This document shows positions 24,356 to 34,130 of a DNA stretch of 40,302 bases, piece after piece. The position numbers and the translations under genes were made by a program. Source of the stretch: an uncultured Desulfobacteraceae bacterium (GTDB taxonomy: Bacteria; Desulfobacterota; Desulfobacteria; Desulfobacterales; BuS5). The notes beneath the pieces were generated by a model. The model was not told where the DNA came from and ran no database searches. It saw only the letters and a list, made by a program, of their open reading frames with translations. Numbering within the stretch: the stretch's first letter is position 1; each line of letters starts with the position of its first letter. The stretch spans positions 1-40,302 of the forward strand of contig CAZNFB010000001.1 in the NCBI GenBank assembly GCA_964572105.1, written 5' to 3'.

Positions 24356-25936
24356 ATGAAGGTTCTTGTAAGTGACAATCTCGGTCAAATCGGAATAGAT
24401 ATGTTTGAAGATGAAGAGGGGATCGAGGTTGATGTTAAAACTGGTTTACCGGCGGATGAATTAAAATCGATAATAGGGGACTATGATGCTCTGGTAATCA
24501 GAAGTGCCACAAAAGTTACGGAGGAGCTTTTAGAGGCGGCTGTTAATTTAAAGGTTGTGGGCCGCGCCGGAATAGGCCTTGATAATGTTGATATACCCGC
24601 CGCAACAAAACATGGCGTAGTTGTCATGAATACACCCGGCGGAAATGTAATAACCACAGCGGAACATGCCCTGGCTATGATATTTTCCTTAACCCGTAAT
24701 ATCCCCGCTGGGACAGCCTCTTTAAAGGCGGGAAAATGGGATAAAAAGAAGCTCCAGGGAAGGGAAGTCTTTAATAAAACGCTAGGGATTGTAGGCTTCG
24801 GTAAGATAGGGTCCATAGTGGCAGACAGAGCAAAGGGACTTAAGATGAATGTTGTTATTTATGATCCCTTTGTTACTCCTGAACGTATTGAAAAGGAAGG
24901 CTTTAAATATGTAACCCTTGAGAATTTATATTCCCAGGCTGACTACATAACAATACATGTTCCAAAAACAAAAGATACGCTGAATCTTATTAATAAAGAT
25001 GCCTTTGATAAGATGAAAGATGGTGTTATGCTGGTAAATTGCGCCCGGGGTGGTATTGTTAATGAAACCGCTCTTTGCGATGCTTTAGAATCAGGAAAAG
25101 TTTCCGGAGCAGCATTGGATGTTTTTGAAACCGAGCCTCCTGGTGATTCACCCCTTATGAAATATGACAAATTTATCTGTACACCACATCTTGGGGCTTC
25201 CACAAAAGAGGCACAGACTAATGTGGCTGTTGCAGTTGCCGGTCAGATTATTAATTTTCTTAAAACCGAAACCATTGAGAACGCAGTTAATGCGCCATCT
25301 GTAACAGGTGAACTTTTAGACAGGCTCGGTCCATTTTTATCCCTTGCCGATAAAATCGGAGCTCTTCAGGCACAGCTTATTTCAGGCCCGGTAAAGGAAG
25401 TTATTATTGAATATACTGGGGATTTTCAGGGACTGGATATGTCCCCTGTTACAACAGCTGTTTTAAAAGGCCTTTTGACCCCTGCTGTATCAGATGATGT
25501 GAATTTTGTTAATGCAAATTTCATTGCTATGGAGAGGGGTGTAAAGGTTATAGAAACTTCGACTCCGGAAACTGAAGATTATATAAACCTGATCAACGTT
25601 AAGGTTGTTACCGTTGAGATGGATAGCGATGTTGCCGGAACAATTTATGGTAAAAAGAATCCCAGAATAGTAAAAATCAATAAATTCAGACTGGAATTGA
25701 TTCCCCATGGGCATCTTGTAATAATACATAATGTTGATAAACCTGGGGCCATTGGATGTATTGGTTCAATACTTGGGGAGCACGGCATAAATATAGGAAG
25801 AATGCATGTGGGTCAGGCGGAAGATGGAGAACGTAATATTATTTTTCTCAGAACTGATGTAACAATACCCGAGGCAGTGCAGAAGCAGTTGAGGGGAATG
25901 CCGTTAATAAAGAATGTAACAGTACTTGAATTATAA
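24356..25936 (+). CDS. serA: D-3-phosphoglycerate dehydrogenase (long form with ASB/ACT domains)
   Basis: 526 aa. GRAGIGLDNVD, NAD fold GIVGFGKIGS, catalytic CARGG...HLGAST, C-terminal ACT-like region. Confidence 0.92.
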   Translation: MKVLVSDNLGQIGIDMFEDEEGIEVDVKTGLPADELKSIIGDYDALVIRSATKVTEELLEAAVNLKVVGRAGIGLDNVDIPAATKHGVVVMNTPGGNVITTAEHALAMIFSLTRNIPAGTASLKAGKWDKKKLQGREVFNKTLGIVGFGKIGSIVADRAKGLKMNVVIYDPFVTPERIEKEGFKYVTLENLYSQADYITIHVPKTKDTLNLINKDAFDKMKDGVMLVNCARGGIVNETALCDALESGKVSGAALDVFETEPPGDSPLMKYDKFICTPHLGASTKEAQTNVAVAVAGQIINFLKTETIENAVNAPSVTGELLDRLGPFLSLADKIGALQAQLISGPVKEVIIEYTGDFQGLDMSPVTTAVLKGLLTPAVSDDVNFVNANFIAMERGVKVIETSTPETEDYINLINVKVVTVEMDSDVAGTIYGKKNPRIVKINKFRLELIPHGHLVIIHNVDKPGAIGCIGSILGEHGINIGRMHVGQAEDGERNIIFLRTDVTIPEAVQKQLRGMPLIKNVTVLEL

Positions 25937-26008
25937 GAAGAAGAGAGTGGAAGAAGTAATGTAACTATATTATCTGAACGTCTATACATATATTTTGCCA
26001 GGTGAACT

Positions 26009-26320
26009 ATGAAATCTGAAGAAAAGGGTTTTGTTCTGAAAAGTAATGGAAAGAAGGCTGAAACAGGGAGCGGATTTCCTGCAGTTGATTTTTCTACGTT
26101 TGTCCTTTCTTTAAATGCATCTGCCCTGACAAGCCTGGGATTGATTGAGGACCCTGTTGCCAGAAAAAAAAACAAGAATCTTGAAATGGCAGATCAAACT
26201 ATTAATATTCTTGCCATGCTCCATGGGAAAACAAAAGGGAATTTAACGCGGGAAGAAGATAAAATGTTAGAAGACATTCTTTATAATTTGAGGTTGGGTT
26301 ACGTGAAACAGGCTGGGTAA
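26009..26320 (+). CDS. DUF1844-family small protein
   Basis: 103 aa. DFSTFVLSLNASALTSLG...ADQTINILAML resembles DUF1844 as I recall it. Confidence 0.6.
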   Translation: MKSEEKGFVLKSNGKKAETGSGFPAVDFSTFVLSLNASALTSLGLIEDPVARKKNKNLEMADQTINILAMLHGKTKGNLTREEDKMLEDILYNLRLGYVKQAG

Positions 26321-26324
26321 TGTT

Positions 26325-27209
26325 TTGCATGAAACCACTTTTATAAAAAATAAAAACCATACTTTTTTTTCCCCGGCAAAAATCAATCTTTTTTTACATA
26401 TAACCGGAAAAAGGGAGGATGGATATCATACCCTTATCTCCTTGATGTGTTCAGTAGGATTGTATGATATTCTTTTTTTCTCATTTGGTGCTGAAAGATT
26501 AAGGGTTTTTTGTAACCACCCCCTTGTTCCGGAAGACGAAACTAATCTGGCTTTTTTGGCGGCTGAACTTTTTATGGACAGGTTCGGACAGGCCCGGGGA
26601 TTGGAAATAATACTGGAAAAAAAGATCCCGGTGGGTGCAGGACTTGGGGGGGGGAGCAGTAATGCTGCGTCTGTACTTCTGTTTCTAAACCGATATTATG
26701 GCTATCCTTTTGGCATGGATGAACTTATTTCCATGGGCGCGTCCCTTGGCTCTGATGTACCTTTTTTTATTTTTCAAAGACCGGCTATTGTAGCCGGAAC
26801 AGGTGAAAAGCTTGTTGCTTATCAGGGCATAGGCCAGCTTTATGCCCTGATAATTTATCCTGGGTTTAGCATTTCAACTTCGATGATCTATAAAGATTTT
26901 GATTTGGGATTGACAACTTCTAAAAAAAAAGTTAAAAGTGGTAGCTTAAATTCTCATACTATAAAATCACCTTTTGATCCCCGTGTTGAGCTGGTTAATG
27001 ATTTAGAGGGTGTGGCAGCATTAAAGTATCCTGAGATCGGCCGGATGAAAAATGCTCTTATAGCTAATAGGGCAATAAATGTTCTTATGACTGGGAGTGG
27101 GAGTGCTGTTTTTGGACTTTTTCCTGACTTTGAAGCTGTAAAAAAAGCAGAGTATAATCTTTTGAAATGTTCGGGCTGGCGGATATATGCTGCGAAACTT
27201 TTGGTTTAA
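26325..27209 (+). CDS. ispE: 4-diphosphocytidyl-2-C-methyl-D-erythritol kinase
   Basis: PAKINLFLHI, GHMP motif PVGAGLGGGSSNAA. TTG start as given by the ORF track. Confidence 0.9.
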   Translation: MHETTFIKNKNHTFFSPAKINLFLHITGKREDGYHTLISLMCSVGLYDILFFSFGAERLRVFCNHPLVPEDETNLAFLAAELFMDRFGQARGLEIILEKKIPVGAGLGGGSSNAASVLLFLNRYYGYPFGMDELISMGASLGSDVPFFIFQRPAIVAGTGEKLVAYQGIGQLYALIIYPGFSISTSMIYKDFDLGLTTSKKKVKSGSLNSHTIKSPFDPRVELVNDLEGVAALKYPEIGRMKNALIANRAINVLMTGSGSAVFGLFPDFEAVKKAEYNLLKCSGWRIYAAKLLV

Positions 27210-27296
27210 TTTATAAATTTTGTCAAGCTTTGAAATATTATTTTAATATTTTTGTTTGGATCATATTTCGTATTATATATTACTCACATTATATTC

Positions 27297-27371
27297 TGGG
27301 GCGTCGTCAAGCGGCAAGACACAGGATTTTGGTTCCTGCATTCGGAGGTTCGAATCCTCCCGCCCCAGCCA
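27297..27371 (+). tRNA. tRNA-Gln (anticodon UUG), CCA encoded
   Basis: Acceptor stem tggggcg/cgcccca. Anticodon stem cagga/tcctg with loop ttTTGgt. T-arm ggaggttcgaatcctcc. Very similar to E. coli tRNA-Gln. Standard position between ispE and prs. Confidence 0.93.
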
Positions 27372-27460
27372 AATAATAAAGTTTGTTAACAAAACAACTC
27401 TGGTGAGTTTTCCACCGGTTTTCACTAATATAAGTACTATATATTTCACAACGGTAAGTA

Positions 27461-28399
27461 ATGAACGAGATTGTAATATTTTCGGGTAACTCAAATCTTT
27501 CTTTAGCTAAAAAAATTTGTGATTACCTTAATTTGCCCCTTGGTAAAGCAAAAGTTAAAACATTTAGCGATGGTGAAATCCAGATTGAGATTAATGAAAA
27601 TGTCAGGGCAAAAGATGTTTTTATAATTCAGTCGACCTGTTCTCCTGTTAATGATAACCTTGTTGAACTTCTTCTGATGATTGATGCTTTCAAAAGGTCA
27701 TCGGTGCGCAGAATAAATGCAGTTATTCCTTATTATGGTTATGCAAGGCAGGATAAAAAAGTCGCCCCCCGTGTCCCCATAAGTGCCAAGGTAGTTGCCG
27801 ATTTATTGACGGTTTCCGGTGCAGATAGAGTAATAACAATGGATTTGCATGCAGGGCAGATACAGGGATTTTTTGATATTCCTGTTGATAATCTCTTTGC
27901 AACTCCGGTTGCCATTGATTATATAAAAAAGAATTTTCCGAAAGACATTGTGGTGGTATCTCCGGATGCAGGGGGGGCTGAAAGAGCCAGAGCTTTTGCT
28001 AAACGTTTGCGTGCAGACCTTGCTATTATTGATAAGCGGAGAAATGCTCCCAATGAAGCAAGGGCCATGGCGGTGGTGGGTGATGTAAAAGGGAAGGTCG
28101 CAATCATTTTTGATGATATGGTGGATACAGCAGGGACATTAACCGAGGCTGCAACCGCTTTAATTAACAAAGGGGCTAAAGAAGCCCATGCATTCTGCTC
28201 CCATCCGGTTTTATCGGGTCCTTCAATTAAAAGGGTTCAGGATTCAGACTTAAAAAGCCTTATTGTTTCAGACACCATACCCTTGAACGCTGAAGCTAAA
28301 ACCTGTGATAAAATAAAGGTTCTGACCATATCTGCTCTGGTGGGAGAAGCCATAATCCGTTGCTACAACGGTGATTCTGTTACATCACTTTTTGTGTAA
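27461..28399 (+). CDS. prs: Ribose-phosphate pyrophosphokinase
   Basis: [25 protein letters not shown] loop DDMVDTAGT. Confidence 0.95.
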   Translation: MNEIVIFSGNSNLSLAKKICDYLNLPLGKAKVKTFSDGEIQIEINENVRAKDVFIIQSTCSPVNDNLVELLLMIDAFKRSSVRRINAVIPYYGYARQDKKVAPRVPISAKVVADLLTVSGADRVITMDLHAGQIQGFFDIPVDNLFATPVAIDYIKKNFPKDIVVVSPDAGGAERARAFAKRLRADLAIIDKRRNAPNEARAMAVVGDVKGKVAIIFDDMVDTAGTLTEAATALINKGAKEAHAFCSHPVLSGPSIKRVQDSDLKSLIVSDTIPLNAEAKTCDKIKVLTISALVGEAIIRCYNGDSVTSLFV

Positions 28400-28552
28400 A
28401 CTTTTGGATTGTATAATTTTTATAAAATCAGGGTTAATCTGATATGAAAATTCAAGACCTTGATCAGCCACCGGAAAATAATGAACACTGCCACGGGGCC
28501 TTTGTCAATTTTTTTATTAAAAGCTGTATAGGGGAAATAGGAGGAGTTATTT

Positions 28553-29206
28553 TTGGACTTAATTGAGCTTAAAGCCAATATTAGAAAAAAAACGGGGAAA
28601 GGCCCAGCCCGTGTGTTAAGGCAGGAGGGTAAGATTCCTGCAATTCTTTATGGGCCGGGTACAGATCCGGTTTTACTTTCTGTTAATGTGGCTGAACTGG
28701 AACAGATTTTAAGGGGAGGAAGAATCAAGCAGATTCTTATCAATCTGAAAATTGATGGGTACCAGTCTTCCACAATCTCCACTATGATCAAGGAAATACT
28801 AAGAGATCCTGTTTCTGAGAATCTGAGACATTTAGATTTTTATGAAATTTCAATGGACAGGAAAATAAAAGTCAATATCCCAGTCCTGGTAAAGGGTCAC
28901 TCAAAAGGGGTTGAGGCAGGCGGGCTTCTGCAGATCGTACGGCGCGAGCTTGAAGTATTATGTTTCCCTGGAGAAATTCCAAATTCCGTTGAGATTGATG
29001 TCACTGATTTTGATATTGGTGATTCTGTTCATGTTGAAGATATCGAGATTGAAGGGAATGTTGAAATTCCTGCTGATGTCAACTTCACCATTCTTACAAT
29101 AGTCGCCCCAAAGGTTGAAGTGGAAGAAGTTGAGGAAGAAGAAGAAGGTGAAGAAGGTGAAGAAGGTGAAGGGGGAGATGCTGGTGCCGAGGCAGAAGAA
29201 GAATAA
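28553..29206 (+). CDS. rplY: 50S ribosomal protein L25 / general stress protein Ctc, with acidic C-terminal tail
   Basis: RKKTGKGPARVLRQEGKIPAILYG. TTG start with GGAGGAG upstream. The tail is EVEEVEEEEEGEEGEEGEGG. Confidence 0.9.
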   Translation: MDLIELKANIRKKTGKGPARVLRQEGKIPAILYGPGTDPVLLSVNVAELEQILRGGRIKQILINLKIDGYQSSTISTMIKEILRDPVSENLRHLDFYEISMDRKIKVNIPVLVKGHSKGVEAGGLLQIVRRELEVLCFPGEIPNSVEIDVTDFDIGDSVHVEDIEIEGNVEIPADVNFTILTIVAPKVEVEEVEEEEEGEEGEEGEGGDAGAEAEEE

Positions 29207-29267
29207 TTTTCCTCTTTATTCTCAGGCCTTTTTTTTCTGCGACAAAAAATCTGTAAAAAAATGATTC

Positions 29268-29855
29268 ATGGCTGAACAAACGATCCATCTTATTGCCGGG
29301 TTGGGAAATCCTGGAGATGTTTATTCATCTACCCGGCATAACGCAGGCTTTATGGTCATTGACCATATTGCATCTTCTTGTTCCATAGGGATAAGCAGAA
29401 CCAAATTTAATGCAAAATACGGAACAGGGGTTCTTGCCGGGAAAAAAATTATTCTTGTAAAGCCCATGGCTTTTATGAATCGAAGTGGTTATCCTGTTTT
29501 CAGCCTTGCGAAATATTTTAAAATAGAGACAAAGCATATTTTGATCGTCCATGACGATATGGATATAGATATTGGAAAACTTAAAATTAAAAAAAAAGGA
29601 GGGGATGGAGGACATAAAGGGTTGAGGTCATTAATTGGTTCATTTGGAAGCAAAGAATTTTGTCGGCTCCGCTTTGGAATTGGACGTGCTAAACCTCATT
29701 ATGATGCTGCAAGCTATGTTTTGGGAAAATTTTCCTCACAGGAAAAACCCATTGTGAAAAAAGCCGTTGCCGGATCAGAAAAGGTTATCCTCTCAATTCT
29801 CTCTGCCGGGATTGATGCTGCGATGAACAGTTTTAACGGAAGAAATGATTTTTAA
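29268..29855 (+). CDS. pth: Peptidyl-tRNA hydrolase
   Basis: LIAGLGNPG, TRHNAGF, HDDMDI, GHKGLRS. Confidence 0.93.
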   Translation: MAEQTIHLIAGLGNPGDVYSSTRHNAGFMVIDHIASSCSIGISRTKFNAKYGTGVLAGKKIILVKPMAFMNRSGYPVFSLAKYFKIETKHILIVHDDMDIDIGKLKIKKKGGDGGHKGLRSLIGSFGSKEFCRLRFGIGRAKPHYDAASYVLGKFSSQEKPIVKKAVAGSEKVILSILSAGIDAAMNSFNGRNDF

Positions 29856-30019
29856 TTTGGTCGCTCTACATGATAAAAGGTTAGTTTGCCATGGAACCGA
29901 GAATAAAAAATTTAATTTATGAACAAAAGTATTTCAGTAATTTAAATTTAAAACAATCCGGGTGCTGTGTTAAATAGCCGAATATGGACGGGCGACAGAC
30001 TAGTAAATGGAGGTAATTT

Positions 30020-32053
30020 ATGGAACCTATAATGGGAAATATTCCATTAGTTTGTACTTTAGCAGGTGTTGCCGGTGTTGTGTTTGCATTAATTCTTGCC
30101 GGTTCTGTTAAGTCTGCACCCGCGGGTGATGAAAAAATGACTGAAATAGCTGATGCCATTAAAGCAGGGGCTATTGCCTATCTTAATCGTCAGATGAAAA
30201 GCATGGCGGCAGTTGGTGTGGTTGTTGCTCTAATTCTCTTTTTTGCCCCTGGTTATGGCTCATGGGCAACTTTGGGATTCTTAATTGGTGCTGTTGCGTC
30301 TTACTTTGCAGGTTATATTGGAATGCGCGTTTCAGTTATAGCAAATGTCAGAACAGCAGAGGCCTGTAAAAATGGACTTAATGCTGGCCTTAAGCTTGCT
30401 TTTAAGGGTGGTTCTGTAACAGGTATGATAGTTGCCGGGCTTGCTTTAACATCCTGCGCCGGTCTTTATACACTCCTGATTCAGCAGGGCGTTGAAAGCA
30501 GCTCGATTTCAGTTGCATTGATTTCTCTTGGTTTTGGCGGAAGTCTTATTTCGATTTTTGCACGTCTTGGCGGCGGAATTTTCACCAAGGGTGCTGATGT
30601 TGGAGCCGACCTTGTGGGAAAAATTGAAGCTGGAATCCCTGAGGATGATCCGAGAAATCCTGCAACCATCGCAGATAATGTTGGTGACAATGTTGGTGAC
30701 TGTGCCGGTATGGCTGCTGATCTTTTTGAAACTTATGCTGTAACAACTGTTGCGGCTATGGTACTGGCCCACCTTCTTTTTCCCAAAAGTCAGGCTGCAG
30801 TACTCTTTCCTTTGGTTCTCGGAGCTATTTCAATAATAGCATCAGGAGTTTCCGTATTCTTTGTAAGGCTTAAGGAAGATTCTACCTACATCATGGGTGC
30901 TCTTTATAAGGGTATGTTTGGTGCAGCTATTCTGGCTGGAATTGCATTTTATCCTGCAACCAAGATGATGCTTGGGGAAATGGCTGAGTTTTCTGTTTTA
31001 AATATTTATTATTCTGCCCTCGTGGGACTTGTGCTGACAGTAATTCTTGTTGTTATTACAGAATACTACACAGGAACCTATGGTCCTGTTAAGGGTATTG
31101 CCGAGGCTTCCACAACAGGTCATGGAACAAACATGATAGCAGGGCTTGCTGTAAGTATGCAGTCTACTGCTGCTCCTGTACTTACAATTTGTGCTGCGAT
31201 TTTAGCTGCAAATTATTTTGCCGGTCTTTATGGAATCGCAATTGCTGCTGTATCCATGCTTTCAATGACAGGTATGGTAATTGCCATTGATGCCTATGGC
31301 CCGATAACAGATAATGCCGGCGGTATTGCTGAAATGGCAGGAATGGATGAATCAGTTCGTGCAGTAACAGATCCTCTGGATGCTGTTGGAAATACTACCA
31401 AGGCTGTTACAAAAGGTTATGCTATTGGTTCTGCTGCTTTAGCAGCACTGGTTCTTTTCTCCGCATACACCCAGGAATTCAAACATCTTGGTACATCCCT
31501 TGAGTTTGATCTATCCGATGTAAAGGTTCTCATAGGCCTTTTTATTGGTGGTCTTCTCCCCTATCTTTTCGGTTCCATGGCAATGAAAGCGGTTGGTAAA
31601 GCAGGACATGCTGTGGTTAATGAAGTAAGGCGTCAGTTTGCTGAAATTCCCGGAATTATGGAAGGAACCGCAAAACCTGATTATGCAGCATGCGTTGATA
31701 TTGTAACAAAATTTGCTCTTTCAGAAATGATGATTCCGGCTATGCTTCCTGTTGCAGTACCTATAATTGTAGGTTTTACATTAGGCCCTGTTGCTCTTGG
31801 CGGTGTTCTTATTGGAAGTATTGTTACAGGTCTGTTTGTTGGTATTTCAATGACAACTGGTGGCGCTGCATGGGATAATGCAAAGAAATATATAGAAGAC
31901 GGCAATCTTGGCGGAAAGGGTAGTGATGCCCATAAGGCTGCGGTTACAGGTGATACTGTAGGCGATCCTTACAAAGATACTGCTGGTCCGGCTATTAATC
32001 CCATGATCAAAATTTTGAATGTTGTAGCTCTTTTACTTGTTCCTTTTATATAG
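30020..32053 (+). CDS. hppA: Membrane-bound proton-translocating pyrophosphatase, probably the K+-independent type
   Basis: 677 aa polytopic. [67 protein letters not shown] has Lys where K+-dependent enzymes have Ala, as I recall it. Confidence 0.93.
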   Translation: MEPIMGNIPLVCTLAGVAGVVFALILAGSVKSAPAGDEKMTEIADAIKAGAIAYLNRQMKSMAAVGVVVALILFFAPGYGSWATLGFLIGAVASYFAGYIGMRVSVIANVRTAEACKNGLNAGLKLAFKGGSVTGMIVAGLALTSCAGLYTLLIQQGVESSSISVALISLGFGGSLISIFARLGGGIFTKGADVGADLVGKIEAGIPEDDPRNPATIADNVGDNVGDCAGMAADLFETYAVTTVAAMVLAHLLFPKSQAAVLFPLVLGAISIIASGVSVFFVRLKEDSTYIMGALYKGMFGAAILAGIAFYPATKMMLGEMAEFSVLNIYYSALVGLVLTVILVVITEYYTGTYGPVKGIAEASTTGHGTNMIAGLAVSMQSTAAPVLTICAAILAANYFAGLYGIAIAAVSMLSMTGMVIAIDAYGPITDNAGGIAEMAGMDESVRAVTDPLDAVGNTTKAVTKGYAIGSAALAALVLFSAYTQEFKHLGTSLEFDLSDVKVLIGLFIGGLLPYLFGSMAMKAVGKAGHAVVNEVRRQFAEIPGIMEGTAKPDYAACVDIVTKFALSEMMIPAMLPVAVPIIVGFTLGPVALGGVLIGSIVTGLFVGISMTTGGAAWDNAKKYIEDGNLGGKGSDAHKAAVTGDTVGDPYKDTAGPAINPMIKILNVVALLLVPFI

Positions 32054-32086
32054 CAATATATAAATAAAACATAGTTAAACGATTTA

Positions 32087-32123
32087 AAGGATTGGCGCGT
32101 TATGCGTCAATCCTTTTTTTTTT
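32087..32123 (+). terminator. Rho-independent terminator after hppA
   Basis: 8-bp stem aaggattg/caatcctt, 13-nt loop, then a T-run of about 10. Confidence 0.8.
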
Positions 32124-32126
32124 GTA

Positions 32127-32155
32127 TTGATTGTATTTATATTATGTGGTAAAAT
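32127..32155 (+). promoter_or_regulatory. Putative sigma-70 promoter for carD
   Basis: TTGATT, 17 nt, then TAAAAT preceded by TGg (extended -10 geometry). About 60 nt upstream of the carD ATG and directly after the hppA terminator. Confidence 0.45.
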
Positions 32156-32213
32156 TGCTGTTCATTAATCACTTTACTTTGCATCAATTAATATTTTTTC
32201 TAAGGAATTCATA

Positions 32214-32753
32214 ATGGACGAAAAAATGACTAAAGAAGACTCTCAGAAAAGCACAGTGCAAGCACGTGAATTTAAGGTAGGAGATCTTGCTGTATATCCT
32301 GCCCATGGAGTTGGTAAAATTGAGGCCATAGAAAAAAAAGTTGTTGGTGGGAATGAACATGATTTTTATGTTATGAAAATTTTTGAAAACAGTATGGTTA
32401 TAATGATCCCTGTCTGGAATGTGGAACAGGTGGGCTTAAGAGATGTGATAAACAAAGATAATATTGCAGATGTATATGATGTAATAAGTAAAGACTGTGA
32501 GATGATTATCGACAAACAGGCCTGGAACAGGAGACATAAGGAATATATGGATAAAATAAGAACCGGTTCCATATATGATGTAGCTGAAGTATACAGAGAT
32601 CTTTCCATACTCAAAAATGCCAAAGACCTTTCTTTTGGTGAAAGAAAACTCTACGATACAGCCCAGATTCTCCTGGTTAGCGAACTTTCCACAGCAAGCG
32701 GTAAAGGTCAGGAAGTTATTTTATCCAAGATAGAATCCTTTTTCAGCGGTTAA
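32214..32753 (+). CDS. carD: CarD/CdnL-family RNA-polymerase-binding transcription factor
   Basis: N-terminal Tudor-like FKVGDLAVYPAHGVGKIEAI...MKI, C-terminal helical domain. 179 aa. Confidence 0.88.
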   Translation: MDEKMTKEDSQKSTVQAREFKVGDLAVYPAHGVGKIEAIEKKVVGGNEHDFYVMKIFENSMVIMIPVWNVEQVGLRDVINKDNIADVYDVISKDCEMIIDKQAWNRRHKEYMDKIRTGSIYDVAEVYRDLSILKNAKDLSFGERKLYDTAQILLVSELSTASGKGQEVILSKIESFFSG

Positions 32754-32759
32754 ACCTTA

Positions 32760-32876
32760 TATAGATCGTCACATAAATAATTTCACGCCCTTATCGGTCG
32801 CCTGCGTATTATTACAATACGCCTTTCTCCGACCTTGTGCCGAATTTTAAAAAGGGTTATTCTCTGACGATCTATA
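32760..32876 (-). mobile_element. MITE-like repeat R1, copy D (full length, 117 bp including TA flanks; best-preserved copy)
   Basis: Plus strand ta+tagatcgtca at 32760-32771 and tgacgatcta+ta at 32865-32876, a perfect inverted repeat. Nested hairpin ggtcg..gcgtatt-attac-aatacgc..cgacc. Starts 7 nt after the carD stop and ends 24 nt before the rluD ATG. Confidence 0.85.
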
Positions 32877-32900
32877 GCTACAAATTAACGAGATTTGAAT

Positions 32901-33866
32901 ATGGGCGAAATTGAATCTTTTACCATCCGAGTCTGCGCTGCTGATTCCGGTATGCGTCTGGATGCTCTGATTTCTGCTTATAATAAAAATTCTCGTACAT
33001 TTCTCGCAAAGATAGTGCGTAATGGTCACGTCCTGGTTGATGGAATAGTTAAAAAACCTTGTTATAAAGTGGCTGCTGGAGATCTTATATCTGGTGCTAT
33101 CCCCCCCCCTGTGCGCCTGGTTTTTGATCCGGAGCCAATATCCATCGATTCTTTATATGAAGATAATGAAATTCTGGTCTTAAATAAACCTGCCGGCCTG
33201 GTTGTTCACCCTGCGCCTGGTAATTATTCAGGAACTCTGGTAAACGGACTCCTTTATTATTACCCTGAGCTGGTCTGTAATAAGGATAATATAAGACCTG
33301 GAATAGTTCACCGCCTCGATAAAAATACATCGGGGGTATTAGTTGTTGCCAAGAACAATGCTTCCCATAATAACCTTGCAAATCAATTTAAAGACCGAAA
33401 AGTAAAAAAAAAATATCTTGCCCTTGTCTATGGTAACCTTAAATCGTCAAAGGGGGTTATTGAACTTCCCCTGGGTCGCCATCCTGTTGATAGAAAGAAA
33501 ATGTCTGTAAAAAGCAGGAATGGCCGTTATGCAAGAACATTCTGGAGAGTATTAAAGCAGTACCAGGGAGCAGCACTGCTCGAGGTCACCCTGGATACAG
33601 GGAGGACCCATCAGATAAGAGTCCATTGTGCCGCAATTGGTCACCCTGTTATTGGGGACCCTGTTTACTGCAGTGCAAAAGCGTACAAAAATTTTATTCA
33701 TGATCAAAATACGGCAGCTGGAATCATCTCTATAAAAAGACAGATGCTCCATGCCTGGAAATTGAGTTTTAGCCACCCTGTATCAAATAAAGTATCTTTT
33801 TTTAAAGCTCCTTTACCCGGGGATATGAAAAGGGTAATTGAGTTATTAGGATCGCAAATTAAATAA
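32901..33866 (+). CDS. rluD: 23S rRNA pseudouridine synthase, RluA/RluD family
   Basis: S4-like N-terminus, HRLDKNTSGVLVVAK (catalytic Asp), GRTHQIRVH. ATG at 32901 preferred over the TTG at 32895. Confidence 0.88.
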   Translation: MGEIESFTIRVCAADSGMRLDALISAYNKNSRTFLAKIVRNGHVLVDGIVKKPCYKVAAGDLISGAIPPPVRLVFDPEPISIDSLYEDNEILVLNKPAGLVVHPAPGNYSGTLVNGLLYYYPELVCNKDNIRPGIVHRLDKNTSGVLVVAKNNASHNNLANQFKDRKVKKKYLALVYGNLKSSKGVIELPLGRHPVDRKKMSVKSRNGRYARTFWRVLKQYQGAALLEVTLDTGRTHQIRVHCAAIGHPVIGDPVYCSAKAYKNFIHDQNTAAGIISIKRQMLHAWKLSFSHPVSNKVSFFKAPLPGDMKRVIELLGSQIK

Positions 33867-34009
33867 CTTGAACAATATTATTTGTCTTTTGGCCCATCTG
33901 CTGTGTTGCATTAAAGGCCGAATATTTCGAGTATTCAACCTTTAATGCGCCTTGCAGATGAACCAAAATTTTTCATAATCTTTGTCCAATTTATTTAATC
34001 TCCGATCCT
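33848..34009 (+). repeat. Long-palindrome repeat R2, copy 1
   Basis: Outer arms aggatcg (33848-33854, inside the last codons of rluD) and cgatcct (34003-34009). An inner 82-nt hairpin at 33887-33968 is built from ttttgg/ccaaaa, catctgc/gcagatg and a perfect 10-bp gcattaaagg/cctttaatgc. The core aligns without gaps to 36004-36131, about 74 percent identical by eye. Confidence 0.7.
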
Positions 34010-34130
34010 TAGGGACTTAATATAATCTACAGTTCAAGATTGCTATTTATAATATTTATCTTTTATGTGCGGGTTGTAATGACGCTCTATAATTATACTA
34101 ATCAGATTTGTTATACAAGGAGGAGCAAAA

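Noticed and set aside
27167-27494. Three ORFs from the track (27167..27376 +, 27256..27489 +, 27273..27494 -) around the ispE-prs gap.
   Set aside because: All overlap the tRNA-Gln gene or the start of prs, and none has a ribosome-binding site. The region is explained by the tRNA and its flanks.
28444-28569. 41-aa ORF (MKIQDLDQPPENNEHCHG...) in the prs-rplY spacer, considered as a leader peptide.
   Set aside because: It has no ribosome-binding site, it overlaps the rplY start, and I recognise no attenuator-like alternative structures.
29141-29167. Three tandem copies of gaagaaggt, plus related GAA-rich sequence.
   Set aside because: This lies inside the rplY/ctc coding region and simply encodes its acidic EEG-repeat tail. 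Such low-complexity tails are common on L25/Ctc proteins. The antisense ORF 29094..29288 is a shadow of this repeat.
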